Shown: positions 33,227-43,696 of the stretch, in pieces | How the letters are laid out: each line of letters opens with the position of its first letter | Numbering within the stretch: the first letter of the stretch is position 1 | Assembly: GCA_963717465.1 (NCBI GenBank) | Contig: OY970340.1 | Coordinates: 2,048,001-2,112,000 of the forward strand | Length of the DNA stretch: 64,000 bases | Direction: 5' to 3' | Source of the DNA: Candidatus Bathyarchaeota archaeon | GTDB taxonomy: Archaea; Thermoproteota; Bathyarchaeia; Bathyarchaeales; Bathycorpusculaceae | Program-made: the position numbers and the translations under genes | Notes under the pieces: model-generated | What the model saw: only the letters and a program-made list of their open reading frames with translations | What the model was told of the DNA's origin: nothing | Databases searched by the model: none

Positions 33227-33802
33227 TTAAAGTCTTAGGTATTTTCTTAATCTGTTTGCAATTAAGTAGGCTGCTGGGATTGTGTAAAGTGCTAATGTTG
33301 CGTTGAATACTGCAATCAATGGTAGAGCTGCTATGACAGCTACTAGAGGATAGCTAAAACCAATCGGTGGAGGTTGGGGTAGTCCTATGAAATTGACTAA
33401 TGTCATGCCTGCGACACGGGTTGTGATGCCCATTGCTGTTGCGGCTGCAATCCACTTGGCAGAGTAAACCAAATCAGTTTGCTTATTTTTGTTATTGTAA
33501 ACTTTTTTGAAAATAAGTTCCACAACTAGAATACCCAGTTGCATTGTTAGTACAGCAGCTAAATTGTAGATTGGTCCGGTTGGTAGGTTGCCCGGAAATA
33601 TTGCAATCAAGACGATTGCGTTAAGCACGGAGATTAGCAATCCTGCTAAAGGGCTTATTAATATAAAGGCGATTACGATAGGGATTTCCCAAATTTGGTA
33701 GTAGAGAAATGGTATGTATGGAGCTGGCACTCTCACTAATTGGCCTAAGACAAGCGTTAAAGCAGTAAAGACTATTATTAATGCGAGTTGTTTTGTTTTC
33801 AC
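33227..33802 (-). CDS. ECF transporter S-component-like membrane protein
   Basis: Hydrophobic ~190 aa, IIVFTAL, PFLYYQIWEIP. Confidence 0.65.
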   Translation of the reverse strand: MKTKQLALIIVFTALTLVLGQLVRVPAPYIPFLYYQIWEIPIVIAFILISPLAGLLISVLNAIVLIAIFPGNLPTGPIYNLAAVLTMQLGILVVELIFKKVYNNKNKQTDLVYSAKWIAAATAMGITTRVAGMTLVNFIGLPQPPPIGFSYPLVAVIAALPLIAVFNATLALYTIPAAYLIANRLRKYLRL

Positions 33803-33928
33803 GGTCTTTTCTCCTTGGCTGTTTATTGCTGCATTGTTAACTATTTAAGAGTAGCTACCCAAAGTAGAGTACAAATTTGGCTAAAAATTGATAAACAGGA
33901 CGAACCACTAAGTCTTTAGTGACATCGG

Positions 33929-35179
33929 TTGACTGAAACAATCCAATTCTCCACCACTAACGAAGCAAGACGCTGGCTTGAAAATCAAACAAACGCAACA
34001 TTGACGCCAGTGCAAAATCAAGCGAAAAAGCTCCGCGATGAGATGAACCTTGCTATTCAAGGTATCAACGGTGCATGCAAAATGTTGGCGGATAGCAGTT
34101 CGAAGGAAATCGAGAAAAGAAACATGAGAGTCTACAATCGCGCCAGAGCCTTAAGCAAACTAGCAAACCTTTTTTTGGACAGACTAAAAAAAATCAGTCC
34201 TCCAGAACAGGTCACTTACGACAGCCTAAGTAGGTATGCAGTAGAAACACAAAAGATTCTCAATGTTATCGACGTGGACGTTAAGAACTGGTTTCCGAAA
34301 ATTTCACCTTTCTTCATCATTGATAGGCGCAAATTCTTAACTGTTTACGAGAAAACTAAACTGACTTACTCACTGATGAATGATTTCTTAACAAAGGAAT
34401 ACGTGAAAACAAAAACCTTGGAGGAAACCTTTCAGCTTCTAAATGAAATTACCAATCTTGAAGAAAAAGTCGCTGAAACTCAAAAAGAAAAACAAGCCAT
34501 AAAAAACGAGTTAATTCCTGTTAAAATAGAAATTGCTGACTTAAACAAGAAAATCGATGAGTTGAGAAATAAAGGGCCGATAAATACTTTGAACTCGGCA
34601 AACGCTGAAATAGCTGGAGTGACGATAGAGCTGAAACGTCTCTTGGATCACCTGCAAAAACCATTCGTTAAGATGCAGGCATTGGCAACTTCAGGCGGCG
34701 GAGGCGGCATTACTCCTGATGAGCTTCATAAACTTACTGATTACTTGGAGAAACCTTTTGAGGCGCTAGCTTCTGAGGAAAAAGATTTTCCACTGCTTAA
34801 GGAGATTTTCCGAAAGCTGTCAGGTTTAATAAGTGAGGATAAACTTAAATTAAAACCTGATAAAGCAAGAAAAGCTGAACAAACAATCGATGAAATTCTC
34901 AACAAAGCCGCATTATCAAAACTGGAGTTCCGTGTTAAAGAGTTAGCTAAACAAAAGCAGCAACTGCAAAATTCTCCTGATTTAGATGATGTTAAAAGAA
35001 GTTTAGCCAAGTTTCAGGAGCAACTAGAGACACTTAAGGCTAAAAAAGTAAGCATTGAATCTCATGAGGCAGTTAAAGAGCAATTACTCAGTTCTACGTT
35101 GACGGAAATAGACAACCATAAGAAAACTGTAGAAAAAAACATTTATGTAGCGTTAGGCAAAAAAATGCGACTCGCCTAA
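33929..35179 (+). CDS. Coiled-coil hypothetical protein
   Basis: 416-aa helical K/E/L-rich ORF, 15 nt upstream of the phosphatase. Confidence 0.7.
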   Translation: MTETIQFSTTNEARRWLENQTNATLTPVQNQAKKLRDEMNLAIQGINGACKMLADSSSKEIEKRNMRVYNRARALSKLANLFLDRLKKISPPEQVTYDSLSRYAVETQKILNVIDVDVKNWFPKISPFFIIDRRKFLTVYEKTKLTYSLMNDFLTKEYVKTKTLEETFQLLNEITNLEEKVAETQKEKQAIKNELIPVKIEIADLNKKIDELRNKGPINTLNSANAEIAGVTIELKRLLDHLQKPFVKMQALATSGGGGGITPDELHKLTDYLEKPFEALASEEKDFPLLKEIFRKLSGLISEDKLKLKPDKARKAEQTIDEILNKAALSKLEFRVKELAKQKQQLQNSPDLDDVKRSLAKFQEQLETLKAKKVSIESHEAVKEQLLSSTLTEIDNHKKTVEKNIYVALGKKMRLA

Positions 35180-35194
35180 TTGACGTGAATTACG

Positions 35195-36118
35195 TTGGAT
35201 TTAGCCGATTTGATTCAAGAATCAAAGATTGCTTCAAGCAGCCATTTTATAGATGTTGTTGAATCTGCCATTAAATTGTTGAAAAGTGAAACTGGCAAAG
35301 TTGGCAACTTTATAGTAACAGAGCGTTTAGTTCGACTTGCACCCGAAGGCGAGGCATTAATAATCGGCGATTTGCATGGGGATCTAAAAAGCCTTAGCAT
35401 GATCCTGACTGAAAGCGAGTTCATAAAAATAATGCAGCAAACAAAAAAGGCAAAACTGGTTTTTCTTGGCGATTACGGCGATCGTGGACCTTACTCAGTT
35501 GAAGTATACTTTGTTATTTTATCTCTCAAACTTGCTTTTCCTGAACAGGTCTTTCTTTTACGTGGGAATCATGAGGGTCCAAAGGACTTGATGGTTTCGC
35601 CGCACGATTTGCCCCTTCAGTTTAAGTCTCGATTTAAGGATGATTCTGGCGAGGCTTATTTGAAAACCCGTAAGCTATTTAATTATTTGTACAACGCGGT
35701 TTATGTGAGTGAACGTTACCTTATTGTTCATGGTGGTCTGTCGCCTGAAATCAGAAGCCTAAAAGACATAGCGCAAGCCAGCCAGCGACATCCGAAGGAA
35801 GCAACGTTGGAGAATTTACTTTGGAGTGACCCAGATGAAACAATAGATGGCACCGCTTCTTCACCTCGCTGTGCAGGATTACATTTTGGTAAAAAAGTTA
35901 CTGAAACAGTTTTAGAAAAATTGAATGCTAAAATTTTGATTAGAGGACATGAACCGTGTGAGCAAGGTTTCAAGATTAACCATGATGGAAGAGTACTAAC
36001 ATTATTTTCCATGAAAGGCGCGCCTTACTTTAACGAGTATGGCACTTACTTGCAAGTTGATTTATCCTCTAAGCCGCAGAACGCAAATGATCTAGTCTTG
36101 TTCATACACAAGTTTTAG
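35195..36118 (+). CDS. PPP-family Ser/Thr protein phosphatase
   Basis: GDLHG, GDYGDRG, RGNHE, HGG, LLWSDP, IRGHE. Confidence 0.92.
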   Translation: MDLADLIQESKIASSSHFIDVVESAIKLLKSETGKVGNFIVTERLVRLAPEGEALIIGDLHGDLKSLSMILTESEFIKIMQQTKKAKLVFLGDYGDRGPYSVEVYFVILSLKLAFPEQVFLLRGNHEGPKDLMVSPHDLPLQFKSRFKDDSGEAYLKTRKLFNYLYNAVYVSERYLIVHGGLSPEIRSLKDIAQASQRHPKEATLENLLWSDPDETIDGTASSPRCAGLHFGKKVTETVLEKLNAKILIRGHEPCEQGFKINHDGRVLTLFSMKGAPYFNEYGTYLQVDLSSKPQNANDLVLFIHKF

Positions 36119-36211
36119 TCATCAGAGTTTTTATTATAGTCCCTTGGTAGTATGGCACAAAAGACTTAATAATCAACACATAAGCATGTTGAAAACAACA
36201 ATCAAAGAAGA

Positions 36212-37099
36212 GTGCCGTCTTTGAAATTTGGAATAATGACCAGAAACATGGAGGCTTGGAGTTCCGCTCAGGTTAGAGAGGCATTGGCGAATCGTGGCAT
36301 ACCCTATGAATGCTTCACTTTTCCAACATTAGTCGCGAGACTCGCATACAAACCATACTTTAAAGTAATGGGAACAAGCATCCTTGACGATTTGGATGCG
36401 CTGATAATTCGTCCGATTGGTCGTGGTTCGCTTGAAGAACTTGTATTCAGAATGGACATGCTATACAAGCTGGAGCGTCAAGGATTTTACATGGTTAACC
36501 CACCAACCGCGATTGAACATTGTGTGGATAAATATGACATTTTAGCACTGCTTGAGGATGTGGGAGTTCCAGTACCGCTGACATTGGCTACAGAAAGCGT
36601 AAATGAAGCCATAGCCGCTTTCGATGAATTAGGCGGAGACGTTGTAGTTAAACCGATTTTTGGTTCAAGAGGACAAGGAGCAACTCGTATCATCGACAAA
36701 GATATCGCAGACACTATATTCAAGGCCATTACTTTTCATCATGGAGTTATTTACATGCAGGAGTTTGTGCCGCATGGGACATCGGATTTGCGGGCATTCG
36801 TCATTAACGATCAAGTAGTAGCGTCAATGCGTCGGGTAGCAACGGGTTGGAAAACTAATTACAGCCAAGGCGCAAAGCCTGCACCAGCTAAAATTAGCCC
36901 AGAATTCGAAGAATTAGCGATTAAATCTTCTCAAACAGTCGGCTGCAAAATCGCTGGAGTTGACATCCTCGAGGGCCCAAAAGGTCCACGCATTGTTGAC
37001 GTTAACAGTCAACCTGGATGGAAAGGCCTGCAAGCGGTTACAAACGTCAACATTGCCGACGAAATAGTAAAATTCGTTTTGTCAGAGCTTAAAAAATAG
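36212..37099 (+). CDS. RimK-family ATP-grasp ligase, probable H4MPT:alpha-L-glutamate ligase (MptN-like)
   Basis: GRGSLEELVFRMD, KPIFGSRGQG, WKTNYSQG, VNSQPGW. Confidence 0.82.
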   Translation: MPSLKFGIMTRNMEAWSSAQVREALANRGIPYECFTFPTLVARLAYKPYFKVMGTSILDDLDALIIRPIGRGSLEELVFRMDMLYKLERQGFYMVNPPTAIEHCVDKYDILALLEDVGVPVPLTLATESVNEAIAAFDELGGDVVVKPIFGSRGQGATRIIDKDIADTIFKAITFHHGVIYMQEFVPHGTSDLRAFVINDQVVASMRRVATGWKTNYSQGAKPAPAKISPEFEELAIKSSQTVGCKIAGVDILEGPKGPRIVDVNSQPGWKGLQAVTNVNIADEIVKFVLSELKK

Positions 37100-37267
37100 C
37101 TATTTGCTAGAAAACAGCGCGGTCGGCATAAATCGGCAACATAAAGTTTTTTTTCTTTCTCTGAGAAGCAATCCTTGACCTCTTATACTTTCGGCGAGCG
37201 TTTTGAGTAAGGAAGTAACTTGGGTCGCTTCATTGGTTTATAAAGTTAAGCCCGTTGCTCGAGTTTT

Positions 37268-37882
37268 TTAGCTCCCAAGAAACGATCCATCTTTGGTTTT
37301 AATCAAGTTTTGATTTAAATCGATGATTAAATCCGTGTGGTTAAGTAGCGAATCAATCGCTTGTTTTTCTCGTTTGTTTATTCCGGTTTTTTTATCGTCT
37401 GCAAGCTTTGAACCATAATACGCTGTGACTAAGACAGTTTCAGACAATTGCATGCATTCTAAGATTTTTGTAAGTTTACCACAGTGCAAGTAAAGCGTTA
37501 CATCGTTTAATAAAAGAATTTTTGAGCTATTTTTTAAAAAGCAGTCGAGATACGGAGTCATATTTTCCATGTTTAGTTTCGCTAATTTCATGATTTCTAT
37601 CGCTGATTTGCCCATAACCCTAGGTGCGTAAACTGTTTTAGGCGAGAAATACGACACTTTGTCCATTTCAGTATAATCTTTTATTTTTCCACCAATTTGA
37701 CCCAGTTTTTCAGGTGCAAAATCAATCACAGTTATCTCTTCAGGTTTAGCTACAAGAATTAGATCCCTCAAAAGTTTAGCAGCTAATACGGTTTTACCCG
37801 TATTTACGTCGCCCATTATCAAAGTTTTCTTTTGGATAATGTCTTTGCCGTTTAATCGAATTTCTTTGCCATTACTTTCCAA
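37268..37882 (-). CDS. P-loop NTPase of unknown function
   Basis: GDVNTGKT Walker A, LLLND Walker B-like; at the end of the thi operon. Confidence 0.7.
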   Translation of the reverse strand: MESNGKEIRLNGKDIIQKKTLIMGDVNTGKTVLAAKLLRDLILVAKPEEITVIDFAPEKLGQIGGKIKDYTEMDKVSYFSPKTVYAPRVMGKSAIEIMKLAKLNMENMTPYLDCFLKNSSKILLLNDVTLYLHCGKLTKILECMQLSETVLVTAYYGSKLADDKKTGINKREKQAIDSLLNHTDLIIDLNQNLIKTKDGSFLGS

Positions 37883-38447
37883 ACAATTTTTCCCTACTAA
37901 TCCCTATTTTGTACAACGCCAACAAAATTACAAACCCAATTATGCATCCAGGTATGCAACTTAAAGCCCATCCAGCGCTAAAAACTGAGAAAGCAAACAA
38001 TGGTCCCTTGCCGAGTAAATTCAATAAGCTTGAAGTACCAATCACTGGAGCAAACAAAAAGAGAGATAGAGGTGCACCGATAAAAATAGTTCCTAAGGGT
38101 TCGGTAAGTGCTGCCAATAAACATTTTCTTTCGCTGAATTTTAAAGATTTAAATAACCAGTAGAAGACGCCTACGATAACGCCTCCTGGTATACCTCCAG
38201 GAAAAGCGTAGAGAGTTCCAGTGCCCAACATGTTACGCACACCTCCGATCGCAATTGCACTGCCCGCCGCCCAGAGCGGTCCTAAAAGTACGCCCATAAT
38301 GGCATTAATCATGTGCTGAGTAGGATTCGCCAATGTGCCTAAAATTGCGAAAGATGTGAATTGAGATAAAACAATTCCCAAAGCGGAAAGAACGATAAAC
38401 AGCGTAAGCTTCCTGAGATAAATTGACCTTTTTTCCATTTTTTTCAT
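37872..38447 (-). CDS. thiW: Energy-coupling factor S component ThiW
   Basis: NPTQHMINAIMGVLLGP, RNMLGTGTLYAFPGG, EPLGT. Confidence 0.9.
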   Translation of the reverse strand: MKKMEKRSIYLRKLTLFIVLSALGIVLSQFTSFAILGTLANPTQHMINAIMGVLLGPLWAAGSAIAIGGVRNMLGTGTLYAFPGGIPGGVIVGVFYWLFKSLKFSERKCLLAALTEPLGTIFIGAPLSLFLFAPVIGTSSLLNLLGKGPLFAFSVFSAGWALSCIPGCIIGFVILLALYKIGISREKLFGK

Positions 38448-38449
38448 AT

Positions 38450-39820
38450 TCAGGCGTCTCGCTTTTCATGTTCTTGGCTCTTAATGGCCAGTTGCGTGAG
38501 AAGTTTTACTAATTCAGATGGTTCTGGACCTGAAAGTACAATCATCGGTTCCTTGCCGATTGCGCCTCTATGATAAATGACGTCTGGGACTTTGCCTGCC
38601 CTTTTAATGGCTTGGTTTACTCCCCAAGGAATAGTCATACCTTCAGTTTGCCTAATGTCTTCAGGTTCTTCTTGCCGGTCATAACATGAGATCGTGAGGT
38701 TGCTTTGCTTTAGAAGCCTAAGAAGGTCATCGGAAAACTTTATGTTAACAGCACAGACTTTCTTTTCATCATACTTGGAAATCTCCATTATGTACCTTGC
38801 AAGGTGCGAGGAACGCCCGAATTTTACGCTACCAACAGCTTTTGGTCCATCAACGGTTCTCGTAATCCTACCATCGATAGACGCAACATCTTGATTTCCC
38901 TGCGGGTTAGGAATAGCCATAGCGATGTTCATGCCGACTTCAGGAATTAAAACTGAAATTTCAGGCTGCTCAAGAATTTTTTTTGTTTTTTCCAGTTCTT
39001 TTATGACGGTGTATCTTGATGAGTCTCGATAAATATTAGCAAAAGGATTGACTGAACCATAACCGTGCCCAACGTTTATCCCGAATTTAATTGCAGAAGT
39101 TACCAAGTCCTTTGCTTTTTCTATAGCACAGGGAATATCCAAGCCCATAGCGATGCATGCTGTAATGGCTGCTGAAAAGCAGCAGCCTGTTCCATGTGTT
39201 GTCTTAACGTTTAATCTTTCGTTGCTAAACGTTTGGAATTTGCCTTCATAATATAACAAGTCAGTTGCGTTCTTTTCTTCCAAGTGCCCTCCTTTAATTA
39301 CAACTGCCTTTGGCCCCATTTTCGAGATTCGCTCAGCCGCGGTCTCCGCATCTTTTATGTTCTTTACCTCTATTTCTGCAAGCTTTTCAGCTTCAAACCT
39401 GTTTGGGGTTATTACAGTAGCTTTGGGTAAGAGCACCGTTTTGAAAACTTTCAAAGCGTCTGGTTCGAGCAGTTGTGAACCCGCTTTGGCAATCATAACA
39501 GGGTCGACAACAACTTTGAAATTGTGCTTTGATAATTCAGCGGCAACTGTTTTGATGATTTTTTCTGTGTGAAGCATGCCTGTTTTTGCCGCGTCCACGA
39601 GTAAGTCTTCAGTTATTGCTTGAATTTGTTCTTGAATAATTTTCGGGGGTAAGTCTTCAATCGCGGTGATTGATTTGGTGTTTTGAGCGGTTATCGAAGT
39701 TATTGCTGATGTTCCGTGCACGCCTAGTGCTGCAAAAGTTTTGAGATCAGCTTGAATTCCCGCTCCTCCAATAGAGTCGCTTCCCGCAATTGTCATGGCA
39801 ACGGGAATTTTATTTTTCAT
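38450..39820 (-). CDS. thiDN: Bifunctional HMP/HMP-P kinase - thiamine-phosphate synthase ThiN fusion
   Basis: TIAGSDSIGGAGIQADLK, HGTGC; C-terminal IPEVGMNI...GKEPMI ThiN domain. Confidence 0.92.
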   Translation of the reverse strand: MKNKIPVAMTIAGSDSIGGAGIQADLKTFAALGVHGTSAITSITAQNTKSITAIEDLPPKIIQEQIQAITEDLLVDAAKTGMLHTEKIIKTVAAELSKHNFKVVVDPVMIAKAGSQLLEPDALKVFKTVLLPKATVITPNRFEAEKLAEIEVKNIKDAETAAERISKMGPKAVVIKGGHLEEKNATDLLYYEGKFQTFSNERLNVKTTHGTGCCFSAAITACIAMGLDIPCAIEKAKDLVTSAIKFGINVGHGYGSVNPFANIYRDSSRYTVIKELEKTKKILEQPEISVLIPEVGMNIAMAIPNPQGNQDVASIDGRITRTVDGPKAVGSVKFGRSSHLARYIMEISKYDEKKVCAVNIKFSDDLLRLLKQSNLTISCYDRQEEPEDIRQTEGMTIPWGVNQAIKRAGKVPDVIYHRGAIGKEPMIVLSGPEPSELVKLLTQLAIKSQEHEKRDA

Positions 39821-41117
39821 TTCGTGCTGCCTCGGTTGCCATTGCTTCTTTTAAAAGTTTTATTGCACAATACTGCGAGCACATAGAGCATGTCCCGCCG
39901 TCCTTAGTGGGGACACGGTTATGGATTTCTTGAGCTTTTTCAGGGTCTAACGCGGTTTCAAACTGTTTTTTCCAGTCAAGGTTCGCCCTAGCTTTTGCCA
40001 TCTTTAAGTCTCGAGCAGAAGCTTTAGCACCAAGCTTTACAATATCTACGGAGTGAGCTGCTATTTTTGATGCTATTACGCCTTCCCTGACATCTTCTAA
40101 ATTCGGCAAAGCCAAATGTTCCGAAGGTGTCAGATAACATAAGAAGTCCACGCCGGCAAGCCCAGCTATTGCTCCTCCAATGGCTCCGACAATGTGATCA
40201 TATCCAGGTGCAATATCAGTAACAATTGGACCGAGCACGTAGAAAGGGGCGCCATCGCAAACTGATTTTTCAAGTTGAATGTTAGCGTTTATGTCGTTTA
40301 ACGGCAAATGGCCTGGTCCTTCAACTATGGTTTGCACGTTAGCACTTCTTGCTCTCTTCACGAGTTCTCCCAGGGTTAAAAGTTCGTGAATTTGAGCCCA
40401 ATCTGTTGAGTCGGCTATACATCCAGGTCTGAAGCCGTCTCCAAGGCTTAGCGTAAAGTCGTACTCTGCAGCCATTTCTAAAAGGTAATCAAAGTTAGCG
40501 TATAACGGGTTTTCTTTGCCATGGTGAAGAATCCAAGTAGCGAGGAAAGTTCCGCCGCGGCTTACAATACCCATTACCCGTTTATGTTTCGCAAGTTGTT
40601 TAACGATATCTTGAGTTACACCGCAGTGAACTGTCATGAAGTCCACGCCATCTTTCGCTTGTTCTCGTATAGTGTTGAAAAGGTCATCTTCTGTAATATT
40701 AAGGATCGAACCTTTTTTAACAGCAGCTTCAACGGCTGTTTCATAAATAGGAACTGTTCCGAGTGGGACGCTAACTGTTTTAATCAGCGCTTTTCGCATT
40801 TCATGAAGGTTACCGCCTGTGCTCAAGTCCATAATGGTGTCAGTGCCATATTTAGTCGCAATTTTTGCCTTTTCAATTTCCAATTGAAAGTCGCACATAT
40901 CCTGGCTTGTTCCGATGTTTGTGTTTATTTTTGTACTTAGTCCCTTGCCAATGCCAATAGGATGAATGTTCTGACGCTGTAAATTACGAGTTATAACAAC
41001 AGTTCCTTGAGCAACTTGATCGCGTATAATTTCAGGTGATACATCTTCATCAGCAGCAACGATACGCATCTCGTCAGTTATTTGTCCATTTTTTGCTGCC
41101 TTCATTTGAGTGCTCAT
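39810..41117 (-). CDS. thiC: Phosphomethylpyrimidine synthase
   Basis: TKINTNIGTS, MDLSTGG, VSRGG, EGPGH, CSMCSQYC. Confidence 0.97.
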   Translation of the reverse strand: MSTQMKAAKNGQITDEMRIVAADEDVSPEIIRDQVAQGTVVITRNLQRQNIHPIGIGKGLSTKINTNIGTSQDMCDFQLEIEKAKIATKYGTDTIMDLSTGGNLHEMRKALIKTVSVPLGTVPIYETAVEAAVKKGSILNITEDDLFNTIREQAKDGVDFMTVHCGVTQDIVKQLAKHKRVMGIVSRGGTFLATWILHHGKENPLYANFDYLLEMAAEYDFTLSLGDGFRPGCIADSTDWAQIHELLTLGELVKRARSANVQTIVEGPGHLPLNDINANIQLEKSVCDGAPFYVLGPIVTDIAPGYDHIVGAIGGAIAGLAGVDFLCYLTPSEHLALPNLEDVREGVIASKIAAHSVDIVKLGAKASARDLKMAKARANLDWKKQFETALDPEKAQEIHNRVPTKDGGTCSMCSQYCAIKLLKEAMATEAARNEK

Positions 41118-41247
41118 TTAGTTCAACTCCATTTCAATTATAAAGAGTAAACAAAGAACTGAAAGCACACTCAAAAGCGCGTGTATTTTGTGGATAACAA
41201 TTTCTGCGAATATTGCCTAGAATTGAATAATTTGGTTTGGTTCACAT

Positions 41248-41340
41248 TTTTCCCTCCGCCAGTATTACCTGGTTCAGGTTCGTTGGGTCGACAGCACATT
41301 AGCTGTCCTCTCAGCCGGGTTCTCCCAGCTCCCCATTTAA
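41248..41340 (-). ncRNA. TPP riboswitch
   Basis: Minus strand GGGGAGC...GGCTGAGA...GACCC..GAACCTGAACCAGGTAATACTGGCGGAGGGA matches the THI-box consensus, ~130 nt upstream of thiC. Confidence 0.93.
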
Positions 41341-41545
41341 CCTTGCAGATAGATGAGTCATTTAGTGATATTTTAATTTTCCTAATTTTTTTAACGTGTT
41401 TTCATCAAGAACAGTATATTTGTGGAAAAGAAAAAATGATTGAATTAGGAAGGCTATCCTGATGATTCCTTCTTGCAGCTTTTACTCTAAAAGTAAATAA
41501 ATAACTTATCCCTACTTTAGGGAAACCTGATGCATGGTGAATTAA

Positions 41546-43304
41546 GTGAATCGAGTTCCTGTAATCATCCTCTTATTGGCTGTTTCAGTTGCTTTAATCT
41601 TGCCTGCTGCATTATTTGTGCAAACGGTTAATGCACAGTCTAATTATACTATACAAAATGTGAATCAAACAGTCGAAGTCATGTATTCTGGTCAAACAGT
41701 CATAAGTTATGTCATTAGTGTGAATGGAACTTTGCCAAGTGATTTTCAAGTTGGTTTGCCATCGAATTTCAGCGCTGATGTAATTAAAGGGTATGCTTAC
41801 GATAGCCAAAATAACACTTACCAGGTTGAACTCGGGACACAACTTGGCAGCCAATCAGGTTTTTACGCTGCCCAAATTGATTTGAACGGTAAATCCCCTC
41901 AAGTCTTAACTCTAGTACTTATTGTCTCGAATAGTCTGCTTTCCCAGAGCTCTGATGTTTACACGCTTAGTTATCCCGCTTACCCAGGTTTGACACAAAC
42001 TGCTGCTGCATGTAGCGTTACTTTTGAACTGCCAGTTAGCACGACGAGCATAAGCATTACAAAAAGCGATGGCGACGTAAACTCGCTTAGTTATTCACCA
42101 CCAACCACAAGTTTGGCAGCATTTACTAACGAGGAGGCAGTAGCCACATTCAACTTAACAAGCGCATACATCCAGAACATGGATATTACGCAATTAAGCC
42201 GACAAGTAACCGTTAATCCAACGGGAACAGTAACAGCCATCGACACCTATAATATAGAAAATACTTCACCAAGCTCATTAAGCACGTTTGTCTTTGACTT
42301 GCCCTCCCAAGCTTCAAGTGTTACTATCACTGATTCAAGCGGCAATACGTTAACAACCAGTGACTTAAATGCCACTGCAAACTCAATACAGATCCTAGCA
42401 ACTTTATCATCTGATGTCGCAAGTGCGCAATCAACTGTTTTAATAGCCCAATATACTCTTCCCTCAGCCACAATACAGGGTACAACTTACACTGCAACCT
42501 TCAATCAATTCCCTTCAACTAACTATTACATTGACACAGCAACTCTAACTTTCACTTCGCCAGAAGGCGCGACTATTTCCTCAGCAAGTCCAGATTCATC
42601 AATAAGCATAGAGAGAACCAATTACCAAGAAAGCATCACATCTACGCAACAAGGGATAAGCTTCGTAAACTACAACTTACCCGGAGCAACAACGCTACAA
42701 GTAAAATTCGATTACAACACTGTTTGGGTTTCTTTTAGACCCGTTATAATTATTCTAGTTTTAGCAGTTATAATCTGCATCGGAATAATCATTTGGAAAA
42801 AATATCAAGTCTAGGGGCGAAAAGAAACAGCCAACTGAAACACAAGAGGAAGAGACAGGAACTGCTCACAAACCTGCAATGGTAACTCAGGCTCCACTGA
42901 GAGATTTCACTGATATATTTGACGCAAGGAAACAAATCACTTCAGAAATAACCGCGCTAGATGCAAGGGCCAGAAAGGGCAAGATTCAAAGACAGCAATA
43001 CAAAGCTAAGAAACGAGAATTAGAAGCAAGATACGAATCGTTAACCCGAAAGATCGAGGAGTCAAAACAGGCCTTCCGCAATTCAAGTCCAGAAAATGCA
43101 GATTTGATTAAGCAATTTGAGCATGCTGAATCAGGCTTGAAAGAGCTGGAAGAAAAAATTAGAACAATTGAAGCGCGTCAGGACAACCAACAAATCTCAC
43201 TTGAAGAATACAAGAAATCAATTGATGAATATCAACGTCAGAAAGAAAAAATTGAGGCAACAATCAACGGAATTCTTCTTAGATTACGTGAAAAAGCGCG
43301 CTAA
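41546..43304 (+). CDS. Ribophorin I (OST1/RPN1)-like membrane protein with cytoplasmic coiled-coil tail (frameshift ~42810)
   Basis: Signal peptide, two beta-sandwich repeats (IQNVNQTVEV; ITQLSRQVTVNPTGTVTAIDTYNIEN), TM helix, helical tail in ORF 42879-43304. Confidence 0.6.
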
Positions 43305-43373
43305 AACACCTAAATGCTTTTATCCAACTTATAAAACTGTTCAATTTCAGCAGTATTACAGAGGTACATTAAA

Positions 43374-43553
43374 ATGGTAAAAATAGTTATAGACCCTAAA
43401 TGCACTGGATGCGAAACATGCGTCAGTACCTGTCCCGTAACCATATTCGAAGTTAAAGATGGAAAATCCGTTGCCTCAAAAATTGAGGAATGCCTTGTGT
43501 GCAGAGCATGTGAAGCTCAATGTCCAGAAGGTGCAATTCAGGTAATCGAATAA
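43374..43553 (+). CDS. 2x[4Fe-4S] ferredoxin (59 aa)
   Basis: Manual translation MVKIVIDPKCTGCETCVSTCP...ECLVCRACEAQCPEGAI. Confidence 0.95.
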   Translation: MVKIVIDPKCTGCETCVSTCPVTIFEVKDGKSVASKIEECLVCRACEAQCPEGAIQVIE

Positions 43554-43696
43554 ACTTACACTTATTGAACAAAAGTTTTTTTCTCAGAATCTGAGAAATA
43601 TCCCATATTTCTTATTCAAAAAATATAGATTATTACACACTTTATTTGGGCTCTTGTTATCATGAGAAATTGAGCGACTTTTTGCACTTCAATTAG

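Noticed and set aside
41181..41462. 93-aa ORF
   Set aside because: Antisense to the TPP riboswitch; no protein-like features.
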